Below, piece after piece: positions 10,747 through 19,967 of a DNA stretch of 64,000 nt (its first letter is position 1; each line of letters opens with the position of its first letter). Source of the DNA: Planctomycetota bacterium (GTDB taxonomy: Bacteria > Planctomycetota > Phycisphaerae > WQYP01); contig JAJZNX010000127.1 of the NCBI GenBank assembly GCA_021852275.1, positions 9,423 to 73,422 on the forward strand, read 5' to 3'. Below the pieces are notes generated by a model. It did no database searches, had not been told where the DNA came from, and saw nothing but the letters and a program-made list of their open reading frames with translations. The position numbers and the translations under genes are program-made.

Positions 10747-11445
10747 TCATGTTTGGTGCGTACCCGCGGCTCGCCTCGTGATGCGGTCAATTATTTCCAG
10801 GCGAGCCTGCTGAATCCCGGAACGAGCGACGCGGACAGCCTGGACAATATGGGCGTCGGCGCTGTCCGGGTTATTATCCGGAAAGGGCGGCTGGAGATTG
10901 TATTGCAACAGCAATTGCCGTTCCCGCGCGGTAGTTTCGCCGACGATCATGGCCGCCAGAGCCAGGCCTAAGTCGATACCTGCAGTCACGCCCCCACCGG
11001 TTACGCGGTTGCGGTCCACCACGACGCGCTGCGGACAGGGAACAGCTCCGAATTTGGCCAGAAGATCCAAAGACAGCCAATGCGTGGTGGCCCGATAGCC
11101 CCGCAGCAGTCCCGCCGCTCCGAGGGCCAACGCTCCGGTGCATACGGAGGTTATCCATTGGGCTTCCGCTGCGCGCCCGGTGAGAAAATCCATCCAGAGG
11201 TTATCTTCCATAATGCGGTTAATCCCGGAGCCGCCAGGAATAATCAGCACATCCAATGCTGGAGCCGAAGCGAACGTGCAATCCGGCGCAATACGCATGG
11301 AGCCTTCAGCTCGCACCAGCCCGGCGCTGGCCGCGACGAGAATCGTCTGGATGTTGGGCAGGCCCGTAAGGGCCTCATACGGCCCTGCAATATCCAATGC
11401 GGTCATGTCTTCAAAAATAAAACAGCCGACGGTAATCATGAACAC
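10747..11445 (-). CDS. DJ-1/PfpI family protein (class I glutamine amidotransferase-like)
   Basis: FEDMTALDIAGPYEAL and the nucleophile-elbow motif ITSVCTGALALGAAGLL followed by ATTHW. Confidence 0.85.
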   Translation of the reverse strand: MFMITVGCFIFEDMTALDIAGPYEALTGLPNIQTILVAASAGLVRAEGSMRIAPDCTFASAPALDVLIIPGGSGINRIMEDNLWMDFLTGRAAEAQWITSVCTGALALGAAGLLRGYRATTHWLSLDLLAKFGAVPCPQRVVVDRNRVTGGGVTAGIDLGLALAAMIVGETTARERQLLLQYNLQPPFPDNNPDSADAHIVQAVRVARSGIQQARLEIIDRITRRAAGTHQT

Positions 11446-11472
11446 ACTCCGGCCGCAGCCCCTTGTCGTGAT

Positions 11473-12339
11473 TCAGGCTTCGCCAGGCTGCGCCGCCAGA
11501 ATCAACTTCATAGACGAGTTTTTCATGGTCGTCGGCAGGGCTGTGGAAAACCAGCGGTGTCGAATATACCGAAACATTCGGGCGCTGGTAAAGAGCAACG
11601 CGCCCATAGTTCCGACAAAAAAGCCGATCGGCCAGTTGGTCCAGAACGACAAGGCAATAGCCAGCCACATCATTCCCACGGAAAACATGACCGCTAATAC
11701 CAGGGCCTGCAACGGACGTGCGGAGAGGCTTTGAGCCGCTGCGGCAGGTGCGATGAGTAAGCTGAAAACCAGCAATGCGCCCACCACCGGCATGGCCATG
11801 GCCGTAACCAGTCCCAGCAACCCCAGAAAAATAATGTCAATAACGCCTGCGCTGATGCCACGCGAGATGGCCAGTTCCGGGAATGCTGATTGCAACAGCA
11901 ACGGCCGATACAGGCTCATGGCCCCAATCAGCACCAGCGAAGCAATGGTGGCCACCGGCCATAAATCCGCCGCGGAAATGCCCAGCACCTGTCCGAACAG
12001 CAAAGAAAACACTGCCGGTGCATACGTGTTAGTCATGCTAAGCAGCAGCGAGCCGACCGCCAGAAGTGTTACCAGCACCAGTCCGGCTGCGACATCCTTG
12101 CGCCCGAGTTTCTGGAGCTGGTGCAGCAGCACCACGGCGAGAGTTACGAAGCCCATGAGTCCCCATAGCGGCTGAATTCCCAGAAGTTGAGCTGCGGCTG
12201 CACCGGGAAAAGTTGCCAGGGGCAGGGCATGGGCCGCAAAGGCCGATCGCCGCAATACCACGAAAAACCCCAGAATGCCCGCAGTTACCGCGATGATCGT
12301 GGAGGCGATCCAGGTATGGATCATAAAAATGTCGAACAT
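11473..12339 (-). CDS. Metal (Zn/Mn/Fe) ABC transporter permease, TroD/ZnuB-like
   Basis: Polytopic ABC-3 family-like permease, paralogous to the adjacent gene. ATG 12339 is preceded by a GGAGG; the ORF track start at 12387 would overlap the upstream gene. Confidence 0.85.
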   Translation of the reverse strand: MFDIFMIHTWIASTIIAVTAGILGFFVVLRRSAFAAHALPLATFPGAAAAQLLGIQPLWGLMGFVTLAVVLLHQLQKLGRKDVAAGLVLVTLLAVGSLLLSMTNTYAPAVFSLLFGQVLGISAADLWPVATIASLVLIGAMSLYRPLLLQSAFPELAISRGISAGVIDIIFLGLLGLVTAMAMPVVGALLVFSLLIAPAAAAQSLSARPLQALVLAVMFSVGMMWLAIALSFWTNWPIGFFVGTMGALLFTSARMFRYIRHRWFSTALPTTMKNSSMKLILAAQPGEA

Positions 12340-12346
12340 ATTTGTT

Positions 12347-13252
12347 TTAACCTCCGGCGTAGGCCGCCATCGGCATGGCTCTGACAAACCGCCTCCGCCG
12401 TACGTACTGCAGGGGAACGCTGGTCAGGTAGCTTAAAAAGATAATCGTTACCACAAAAAAACTCACCGGCCACGCGCGGCCGGCAAACCAGTAATAGCTT
12501 TCATACGCCATCCAGATGCCGCACCAAACCGCCGTTAATCCCAGCAGCATCGCCAGCAGGATAGCCACGCCTGGTCGGCGGCTGATGCGCACAGCGGCCC
12601 CGGCCGGTCCGATGACCAGCGCCGAGGCCAGCACTGCCCCTACCGAAAGGGCGGCCAAAGCCACAGCCGCGGCCAGCGTCAGCAGGTGCAGCAATCCCAC
12701 CCATCTGGTGGAAATGCCCCGTGTGGTGGCCAGTTCCGGATCTACCATGCTCAAAAGCAGCGGCCGGTACAGAATTGCCATCATGACTAAAGCTGCGGCG
12801 GCTGTCATCATGGCCGGCAATCGCAGACTCGCCGGGAATGTAAACATGGAGCCAAACATCACCGTCACTGCCGTACCGGTGGTATTGGTAGTGGTTGTAT
12901 CCAGGTACAGAAAAAGGGCGGACAGCCCGATGCCCGCTCCCAGTACAATACCCGTTGCCACATCCTGTTCGCGGGCCCGGCGCACCCCCAGAAATTCCAG
13001 GCTCACCGCCGCTATCCCGGCAATTCCCAGAAACCCTGCCAGCGGACTGATTCCCAAAAGAAAAGACGCCGAACCGCCGGCGCTGCTGACATCTCCCAGG
13101 GCATGGCCGGCAAAGGCGTAGCCGCGCAAGATGGTAAATACGCCAATGACGGCACATACCACCGCCGCACTGCCTCCCACCAGCAACGCGGTCTGCACGG
13201 AACCGCTGTCCAAAAAACTCCAATGTAAAATATGGGCCAGCCAAGTCAACAT
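12347..13252 (-). CDS. Metal ABC transporter permease, TroC/ZnuB-like
   Basis: Polytopic membrane protein of 8-9 TM helices, abutting the ATPase stop codon (13253). Second permease of a four-gene SBP-ATPase-permease-permease operon. Confidence 0.85.
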   Translation of the reverse strand: MLTWLAHILHWSFLDSGSVQTALLVGGSAAVVCAVIGVFTILRGYAFAGHALGDVSSAGGSASFLLGISPLAGFLGIAGIAAVSLEFLGVRRAREQDVATGIVLGAGIGLSALFLYLDTTTTNTTGTAVTVMFGSMFTFPASLRLPAMMTAAAALVMMAILYRPLLLSMVDPELATTRGISTRWVGLLHLLTLAAAVALAALSVGAVLASALVIGPAGAAVRISRRPGVAILLAMLLGLTAVWCGIWMAYESYYWFAGRAWPVSFFVVTIIFLSYLTSVPLQYVRRRRFVRAMPMAAYAGG

Positions 13253-14140
13253 TTACGCCTGACCCCCGCTGGCGGAGCCGTTGGGCATCAGGTAGCAGCC
13301 GTCTTCTCCTGCCTGTGCGTCGGCATGCGGCAACACCAGCACCCGTCCGCCATGCTCGATAACCGCTACGGGATAACCATAGAGTATGCTCAACGTTGCC
13401 GATTGCACAACCTCGCGCACACTCCCGCTGGCCGCCCGGCCTTTGGCCAGATAAACAATATGATCCATCACCGGCAGCAGCGGGTTCATATCATGGGCGG
13501 TTACCAGAACCGCAATACCGTGTACCCGGGTTAAATGGCCCAGCAATCCGGCTAATTCATTGGCCGAACGAAAATCGAGATTAGCCAGCGGTTCGTCGAG
13601 CAAAAGTAATCGCGGCCGCCGGGCCAACGCGTGGGCAATGACCGCCCGTTGCTGCTGGCCGCCGGAAAGCTCGCCGATACGCTGGTAAGCAAAATCCTGG
13701 GCACCCACGGCATCCAGTGCGGCCATAACCTGCTGGTGAAGCCGCCGGGAAAACCACCTGGGCCCCAGACGATGACCATCGCACCCCAGTTGTACCAGAT
13801 CATAGACGCGCATGGGCAAATCCGGGGCGAAATTGATTTTTTGCGGTACATAACCCACCAGGTCGCGGGACTTGCGCGGTGAAAGCCCGCTGATGCTTAC
13901 CTGGCCATGGGGGGAAGGTTGCACTCCAATCAGGCTGCGCAGCAGGGTGGTTTTGCCCGCTCCATTTTCTCCGATCAGACCACAGAGTTGCCCGGGTTGC
14001 AGCGCAAAGGTAACCCCCTGCAACAGCATCCGGCCGCCAATGCTTACCGTGAGGTCCTCTACGGCCAGCACCGACGCACAGTTGGCATCAGCGTGATGGT
14101 CTGATGGAACGGGGGGAGGCAGAGTGGTATGTTCGTGCAT
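13253..14140 (-). CDS. Metal ABC transporter ATP-binding protein, TroB/ZnuC-like
   Basis: Walker A GENGAGKTTLL, ABC signature LSGGQQQR and Walker B LLLLDEP. Start placed at ATG 14140; the ORF opens at 14188. Confidence 0.9.
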   Translation of the reverse strand: MHEHTTLPPPVPSDHHADANCASVLAVEDLTVSIGGRMLLQGVTFALQPGQLCGLIGENGAGKTTLLRSLIGVQPSPHGQVSISGLSPRKSRDLVGYVPQKINFAPDLPMRVYDLVQLGCDGHRLGPRWFSRRLHQQVMAALDAVGAQDFAYQRIGELSGGQQQRAVIAHALARRPRLLLLDEPLANLDFRSANELAGLLGHLTRVHGIAVLVTAHDMNPLLPVMDHIVYLAKGRAASGSVREVVQSATLSILYGYPVAVIEHGGRVLVLPHADAQAGEDGCYLMPNGSASGGQA

Positions 14141-14227
14141 CGTTATCACTGCTCCGTGGGTTGAGGCCCTGGCACAAAACCTTAGCATCTTGACGATGGC
14201 AGAGGTTTATGGAATCGCCGCCCGCTG

Positions 14228-15169
14228 CTATTTCAGAACGGTGGTGGAAATACCACGCGTCAGCGCCAAGTGCAAAGCCTTTACTTCGGCCAGCATCCAG
14301 CGCTGGTAACTGTAACCGGTGGGCATGGTTTCGTACACACCCACCACTGGAATGTGCGACTTTTCCGCCAGGTGGAGGAATGAGGCGGTAAGAGGATCCG
14401 TCACCTGTTGATTATAGACGAACACCTTGACCAGATGCTGCCGCAAAAGCCGCTTTTGAATGCTCACATCCTGCGGCGCAGGGTCGGTACCATTCATGAT
14501 GGCCGCTTGCAGCGTCCATGGGGTTTTGATTTGGCAGCCCGTCGCCTCCAGCATGTAATCGCCCACCGGCTCCGTGACGGCCACGGGCGTACCACCGAAC
14601 TTGGCTTTGAAAGCGGCTATCGCCGCATACCAGGGTTTCAGCGAAGCATCAAATATTTTGAGATTGGTGTTGAAATATCGCGCATGAGCGGCGTCCAACT
14701 TACCCAGCGCCGTGGCAATCGCCGCCGCCACTTTTGGCATGGTGCCAGGCTTGTACCACAGGTGCGGGTTGGGTGTATTTTCCGGCAATCCCAGCAGTTG
14801 CTGCGCCACAATCACCTGGCGGTGGGCATTGGGGGCCGCGGCCAGAATCTTTTTTACCCAGGTGTCATATCCGAGTCCATTGCGGACGATGAGCTGCGCC
14901 CCGGCTACCTCCATGGCCACGGAAGGACTGGCCTCAAAAACGTGCGGATCGGTATTAGGATTGCTGACAATGGATCTGACCTGCACATATTTTCCGCCGA
15001 TCTGGGCAATAACATTGGCATACTGATTTTCCACTCCGATAGCCCGGATTTTGGCCTGGGCGGCTGGCGCCATGCCCAAACTCAGAATCGCCGCTGCAAT
15101 CGTGGTTAACCATGCCGTGGTCCGCAATAGAAAACGGGCTGTGCCGCTGGGATGAATAGATTCATCCAT
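14228..15169 (-). CDS. Metal ABC transporter substrate-binding protein, TroA/ZnuA-like (cluster A-I)
   Basis: Signal peptide ending APAAQA. The blocks VSNPNTDPHVFE and NPHLWY are typical of ZnuA/TroA-type binding proteins. ATG 15169 is preceded by AAGGAG. Confidence 0.88.
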   Translation of the reverse strand: MDESIHPSGTARFLLRTTAWLTTIAAAILSLGMAPAAQAKIRAIGVENQYANVIAQIGGKYVQVRSIVSNPNTDPHVFEASPSVAMEVAGAQLIVRNGLGYDTWVKKILAAAPNAHRQVIVAQQLLGLPENTPNPHLWYKPGTMPKVAAAIATALGKLDAAHARYFNTNLKIFDASLKPWYAAIAAFKAKFGGTPVAVTEPVGDYMLEATGCQIKTPWTLQAAIMNGTDPAPQDVSIQKRLLRQHLVKVFVYNQQVTDPLTASFLHLAEKSHIPVVGVYETMPTGYSYQRWMLAEVKALHLALTRGISTTVLK

Positions 15170-15327
15170 GGGTATTCTCCTTTTATGTATTAGATCACAA
15201 GACGGATTTACAATACCGGCGTGTTCACAGGCATGTTTGCCGGGCCGGCCACCCGCGGACGACACAAGCACTATTTATACAAGGTATAACATTTCTAGTC
15301 AAGCAGGCACCATACAATATCAAACGT

Positions 15328-15340
15328 TATACGACGTATA
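15328..15340. promoter_or_regulatory. Perfect 6-1-6 palindrome TATACG-A-CGTATA in the spacer upstream of the metal ABC operon (candidate operator)
   Basis: Read directly from the sequence. It lies ~160 bp upstream of the substrate-binding gene start, in an AT-richer stretch. No matching regulator gene is present in the window. Confidence 0.2.
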
Positions 15341-15740
15341 TTTCCTTCGGTTCGATATGCGGATGCTGCAGCCCAATTGTAATTCCATCGCAGCAATTTC
15401 TCCGGTTGTCAGCAATTGTGCCGTATATATTCAAAATAATGCCGACCCAAAGTCGCCTTCTGGTCCTGACGGGAAGCAAACTGCACCAGCGACAATTGAG
15501 CAGTCATGATGCGATGCGAGAACACCTCTGCCCCAGACTCGTTGCTTCCAGCACCTGACAATATCATCGTTTCGACCACGCTGCGGGCCATGGCGGTGGA
15601 TTAAAATGCACTTCCTGCCACGAAACTCACGGACTTTCACCAATCCTTGCTTTCGGATAGCTTTACCGGGGTTGGATGGGCGAGCACCTGGCATCGTCTG
15701 CAGTGTCCGCACGTGGTTGCACAAGACAGGCAGTACCATC

Positions 15741-16139
15741 ATGGGGCTATGGACCATATTATTTCCGCGTCGAGGGACAAAGTCCGCGAAACTTGGTGCC
15801 CGCGGAGAATCTTTGGTGGCCGCTTATGCCAGGCGCGAATTAAAAATGAAAATCCTGGCCCGGAATGTGCGCTGCCCCGGCGGAGAAATAGACATTGTGG
15901 GCTTGCACGATGGAGACTTGGTGTTTGTGGAGGTACGCACCCGCAGCAGCGATCAAAACGGGCCGCCGGAACAAACGGTCGATCACCGCAAACGGCGGTT
16001 CCTGCTGCGGTCTGCACGCTGGTATATGGCCCGCCGTCGGCTTACGCACCTGAACCCCCGCTTTGACCTGGCGGCGGTGATTTGGCCCGCTGGAGCGAAA
16101 CCCGTGGTTCGTTACCACCGGAATTATTTTTCCGGCTGA
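15741..16139 (+). CDS. YraN family (UPF0102) predicted endonuclease
   Basis: GARGESLVAAYARRELKMKILARNVRCPGGEIDIVGLHDGDLVFVEVRTRSS matches the YraN signature G..GE..A...L...G..I...N.R...GE.D......(L)VFVEV(K/R). ATG verified at 15741. Confidence 0.85.
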   Translation: MGLWTILFPRRGTKSAKLGARGESLVAAYARRELKMKILARNVRCPGGEIDIVGLHDGDLVFVEVRTRSSDQNGPPEQTVDHRKRRFLLRSARWYMARRRLTHLNPRFDLAAVIWPAGAKPVVRYHRNYFSG

Positions 16140-16274
16140 CGGAGTATGTCCGCAGGTGCCATCTCAAGGCCTGGTGATGACGTGATAGAGGTATGTGACG
16201 CAATGTTCGGATCGGCCCAGCGTTAAGACCTAAGCCGCTCTTGGCTCGCATGTGGAAGGCTGCCATCTCCATAA

Positions 16275-18266
16275 GTGTTGTTGCGCCTGTTGCTGGTACA
16301 AGAGAGAACCTCCGGAAAAGGTAAGTTTGTGACCGATATTGTTCCACGCTCATCCGATACCCCATCCCCGGCTTCAACGGATGGAGGTCGGCCAGGCGTT
16401 GCCCATCCCGTTCCAGGCCGGGTCCGGCACCTGATACTGATGGCGCTGGCCATAGCTTTTGTTGTTGGTTGCTTATGGTCGGGTCTGAAGGTTCGGTCAT
16501 GGGCCTGGAAATTTTCGGTGCAGCAGCGGCTGTACTTCTGGCCCGATATCCTCAATGCCTGGTATTGGGGTTCCTATACGGTTAACGATGCCCATAGTCG
16601 GTGGGGGGCTGCAATACACGAACGTGGTGCCTCCGGCGTTACCTGGCCGGTTTTCTGGCACCGGTTGCGGTCCGTCTATCACCGGGCCGAAATGGATGCC
16701 GGTCCCCGCGATCATTACGTGCTGGATTACGTGCCCGGAAAAATGGCCATTGTAGCCCTGTGGAACTGGCATGAACGTGAGATCGATCCCACTGCCCGGC
16801 ATTGGCGGCCCTGGCGAATGCAGCCGATGTTATGGGTCAATACAATCATCGAGCTTTTCGGTTGTGTGGCGATCTTTCTATTGGTGCGGCATTGGATTAA
16901 CCGCCGCCGCGAACCACCTCTGGCTGCACGCTCCTGGAAACAATTGTTTCTGTCGTGGCGCGGTAAAAAACAGGTGCTGGTTCCCCCAGCCATGAATGCC
17001 AAACCATCGGCGCAGTACTCACCTCTGACGCGGGCGTGGATTCTGGGTTTAATTGCCGCCGCCATTTTCTGGTTTAATCCGGCGGCTATTCAATCTGCCC
17101 ATAACTGGGTGCAGTATGATATCTGGATCGTCCCCTTCTACATCTTGGCGGTGTACCTGGCCTCGCGCGATTGGCTGTTTGCCGCCGGGGTGGTCATTGG
17201 CGTTGGCGGATGGCTCAAGGGGCAGCAATTTTTTGTCGCGGCTATTTTTGTATTCTGGCCGCTGTTTGAATTACGTGTGCTCAAGGCGATGGAATTTCTC
17301 ACTGGTCTTACCCTGACTTTTGGCCTGCTGGTCTCGCCGTGGATGCTGCAAAACCGGATTGACTGGCTATTTTTGAGCGGTGTCCTGGCGGCAACGATAT
17401 TGACGGGAGCCTGGATATTTTATAAAACCAGACTTCCTTCATTCTATGGCGTGTTGTTCATGCTGCCGGCACTGGTATTGATATTGTGGCCATGGATGAG
17501 CGGACGCATTACGTACGGATGGTGGGCCGGCGTGGCCCTGGCGGCCATTTTATGCACGGGACCTTGGGTTGTGGCACCCCGGCGAGCCTGGTTTTACGTG
17601 GCCCTGTCGCTGGCGGCGGGCCTGGCGGTTACCGCATTGACGTTGCCGGCTGAATTCGGCTGGCTTCGGGTCAGCTACGGCTACGGCACGCACCATTACA
17701 TGATTCTCTCGTTCCCGGATACCTGCGGCCTGGCTAATATCCTGGAGCGTAGTTTTGGCTGGCGGCTGTTGGATCCTGTGTTTACCCTGCATCTACCCGG
17801 TACCACATGGTCCTGGACCGTCAACATGCGCTACTTTTTGTTCGGGTTATACGTCATTACGCTGGTGATGGCGGCCTTGGGTGCCGCCATTCAGCGGCGA
17901 CGTAACGATCCGCGGTTTGTAATCGCCATGATTACGCCCTGGCTTACCTTCTTTGCGCTGGGGCCGCAGATGCACGAACGATATTTGCTGTGGGGTGCAA
18001 CCATGCTGGCTTCCGCCGGGATGGTGGTGGATGTGGGCGGTGTGGGGCTGACCCTGCTGGGGATATTGTTGTCGCTGATCACGGTGATGATGGTGTTGGC
18101 AGTAGAACTTACCGAAAATCACCGATACATGTACTGGTTCTGGCGCATTCGACATTTGGAGCCGGGTCCGGCGTATGCGGTGCTGTTGGCATGCGCTATT
18201 TGTATGTATCTGAGTTTGGCTCCGCGGAAAAGACATCTGGTGCTGCCGACTCACGCCCCCGACTGA
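16275..18266 (+). CDS. Large polytopic membrane protein of unknown function (possibly GT-C-like glycosyltransferase)
   Basis: 663-aa ORF with more than 12 hydrophobic helices and no motif I can assign confidently. The GT-C idea rests only on size and topology. The start is uncertain. Confidence 0.6.
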   Translation: MLLRLLLVQERTSGKGKFVTDIVPRSSDTPSPASTDGGRPGVAHPVPGRVRHLILMALAIAFVVGCLWSGLKVRSWAWKFSVQQRLYFWPDILNAWYWGSYTVNDAHSRWGAAIHERGASGVTWPVFWHRLRSVYHRAEMDAGPRDHYVLDYVPGKMAIVALWNWHEREIDPTARHWRPWRMQPMLWVNTIIELFGCVAIFLLVRHWINRRREPPLAARSWKQLFLSWRGKKQVLVPPAMNAKPSAQYSPLTRAWILGLIAAAIFWFNPAAIQSAHNWVQYDIWIVPFYILAVYLASRDWLFAAGVVIGVGGWLKGQQFFVAAIFVFWPLFELRVLKAMEFLTGLTLTFGLLVSPWMLQNRIDWLFLSGVLAATILTGAWIFYKTRLPSFYGVLFMLPALVLILWPWMSGRITYGWWAGVALAAILCTGPWVVAPRRAWFYVALSLAAGLAVTALTLPAEFGWLRVSYGYGTHHYMILSFPDTCGLANILERSFGWRLLDPVFTLHLPGTTWSWTVNMRYFLFGLYVITLVMAALGAAIQRRRNDPRFVIAMITPWLTFFALGPQMHERYLLWGATMLASAGMVVDVGGVGLTLLGILLSLITVMMVLAVELTENHRYMYWFWRIRHLEPGPAYAVLLACAICMYLSLAPRKRHLVLPTHAPD

Positions 18267-18381
18267 CGCGCTCACCTGCAGTCCTCAGGCGAATGCAAGA
18301 GCAAGATACTTTCGCCATCGGAGTGCAGCTTGCGCGGTCCCTTAAGGCTGGTATAATCTTCATGGTGTATTGGAGTTGTGA

Positions 18382-19551
18382 ATGCTCGAAAATCCCCTGT
18401 TGCCATGGCATGAACAGGCTCAGGCTTTGTTGCTGCCATTTGGCCCGGATATACAGATTGTGGAAAGCTACGGTGCAACGGAACTGGAATATGCCGCCAT
18501 CCGCAAATCCGCAGCACTTATGGATTGCCCGCATCGGGCTGTGGTGGAATTGACCGGCCGCGATCGCCTGGCATTTCTCAACAATCTTGTGACCAATGAT
18601 ATCAAAGCCTTGGAGCCGGGCCGGGGGTGTTATGCCTATCTGCTTAACACCAGGGGGCGCATTGTTCAAGATATGAACGTGTTGAATCTGACGGACCGGA
18701 CTTTGCTGGATGTGGACGCCCGGCTAACCGCAGACCTTTGCCGTACCCTGGAAAATTACATTTTTGGTGAGGCCGTCAAGGTCCGCAACTATAGTGAAAG
18801 CCATGGCCGCTTGAGCCTGATTGGCCCAACGGCAGTGAACGTACTGCAGCGACTCGGGGCTCACGACGCTGCCGAGATGGTGAATCTGGCGATTGGCCCG
18901 GTTCGCCTTGCAGACAGCGAGGCTTTTATTTTTCGCAACGATCTTTGCGGCACAAGCCAATATGAAATTATTGTGCCGCGGACCGATCTGGAATCGTTAT
19001 GGCAGACTTTGCAAAATATAAACGGCCTGCCATCGCCGGCTCCGGGCCAATCGCGCCAACCGCTCCAGGTTCGTGCCATTGGTTGGTCCGCCTTTAACAT
19101 CGCCCGTATCGAATCTGGTTCGCTATTTTTCGGGATCGACATTACCGACCAAAACCTGCCTATGGAAACAGGCTCCTGGTACTTGCGGGCGGTAAGCCTG
19201 AAAAAGGGATGTTATCTGGGGCAGGAAGTGGTAGCACGTATGCACGCGCACAACAGTGTGGCCCGGGTGTTCACCGGCCTGATTGTCCAGGGCGCAGTGC
19301 CGCCTGTGGCCGGGGAAGAACTGCGGGATGAAGCCACTCCCGTCGGCATGGTTACCAGTAGTTGCATTTCGCCCATGTTGGGGCAGGTGGCCATTGCCAT
19401 GGGTTATGTCAAACGCGGTGTGGCCCAGAATAACCGGCACTTCAATGCCTGCTGCGCCGCGGGGCCAACCACACTCACACTGCGGTCGCTGCCATTTTGG
19501 ATTCCGCCAGCCGAAGTCCATCCGTCCCCGGACACCACATCGCCAAAATAA
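18382..19551 (+). CDS. ygfZ: Folate-binding YgfZ/GcvT-like protein (Fe-S cluster repair/tRNA-modification associated)
   Basis: The aminomethyltransferase-fold N-terminus (AALMDCPHRAVVELTGRDRLAFLNNLVTNDI) and the KGCYLGQEVVARM signature (KGCYxGQE) are diagnostic of YgfZ. Confidence 0.85.
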   Translation: MLENPLLPWHEQAQALLLPFGPDIQIVESYGATELEYAAIRKSAALMDCPHRAVVELTGRDRLAFLNNLVTNDIKALEPGRGCYAYLLNTRGRIVQDMNVLNLTDRTLLDVDARLTADLCRTLENYIFGEAVKVRNYSESHGRLSLIGPTAVNVLQRLGAHDAAEMVNLAIGPVRLADSEAFIFRNDLCGTSQYEIIVPRTDLESLWQTLQNINGLPSPAPGQSRQPLQVRAIGWSAFNIARIESGSLFFGIDITDQNLPMETGSWYLRAVSLKKGCYLGQEVVARMHAHNSVARVFTGLIVQGAVPPVAGEELRDEATPVGMVTSSCISPMLGQVAIAMGYVKRGVAQNNRHFNACCAAGPTTLTLRSLPFWIPPAEVHPSPDTTSPK

Positions 19552-19572
19552 AATGTACGGAGATATTATTTT

Positions 19573-19965
19573 ATGCCTGTCAACGTTTTAAGCATCGGTC
19601 AGTGCGGGTTTGATCATTCATCCATCGCTCGGTTTCTATCCCGCACGCTGCAGGCCCGTACCGATGCCGCCGACACTGCTGCCGAGGGCATCAAAAAACT
19701 TGCTGCTGGTTCATACCATCTGGTGCTGGTGAATCGCATTATTGATGGTGACGGCTCGTCTGGTATTGATCTTGTCGCCAAGCTTCGTGCTCAACGGGCA
19801 TGTCCACCTGTTATGCTGGTGAGTAATTTGCCTGAGGCACAGGCTGCGGCGATGGCCGTGGGTGCGATAGCCGGTTTTGGCAAATCCGCCATGAGTGATC
19901 CGGATGTTGCCCGGCGGCTCAAGGACCTGTTGATATCGGCACCGGAATCACCAGCCAGGAGTTAG
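19573..19965 (+). CDS. CheY-like receiver-fold protein lacking the acidic phosphoacceptor pocket (pseudo-receiver)
   Basis: 130 aa with an alpha/beta pattern alignable to CheY. The beta1 acidic pair is replaced by GQ/QC (VLSIGQCGFD). The phospho-Asp position reads LVLVN (Asn). The beta4 Ser (VMLVS) and beta5 Lys (GFGKS) are retained. Confidence 0.55.
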   Translation: MPVNVLSIGQCGFDHSSIARFLSRTLQARTDAADTAAEGIKKLAAGSYHLVLVNRIIDGDGSSGIDLVAKLRAQRACPPVMLVSNLPEAQAAAMAVGAIAGFGKSAMSDPDVARRLKDLLISAPESPARS

Positions 19966-19967
19966 TT

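Noticed and set aside
15285-15295. TATAACATTTC, equal to one half-site of the gammaproteobacterial Zur box.
   Set aside because: The partner half-site is not present (the upstream sequence is CTATTTATACAAGG). The consensus comes from a distant phylum, so a single 11-mer is likely chance. It is kept only as context in the spacer finding.
15560-15700. On the minus strand the spacer contains GGTGAAAGTCCGTGAG (complement of 15626-15641), then GGCAGGAAGTGC, and CCACCGCCATGGCCCGC. These are reminiscent of RNase P RNA conserved region I (GAGGAAAGUCCGGGC) and of the E. coli CCGCCGAUGGCCCGC segment.
   Set aside because: I could not find the complementary P4 3' strand or CR-V (ACAGAACCCGGCUUA-like, needing ...ACGGCUU). 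The GGUAAGGGUGAAAGGGUG-type J11/12 motifs are also missing. The region is AT-richer than a typical RNase P RNA. A covariance-model search (Rfam RNaseP_bact_a) would settle it.
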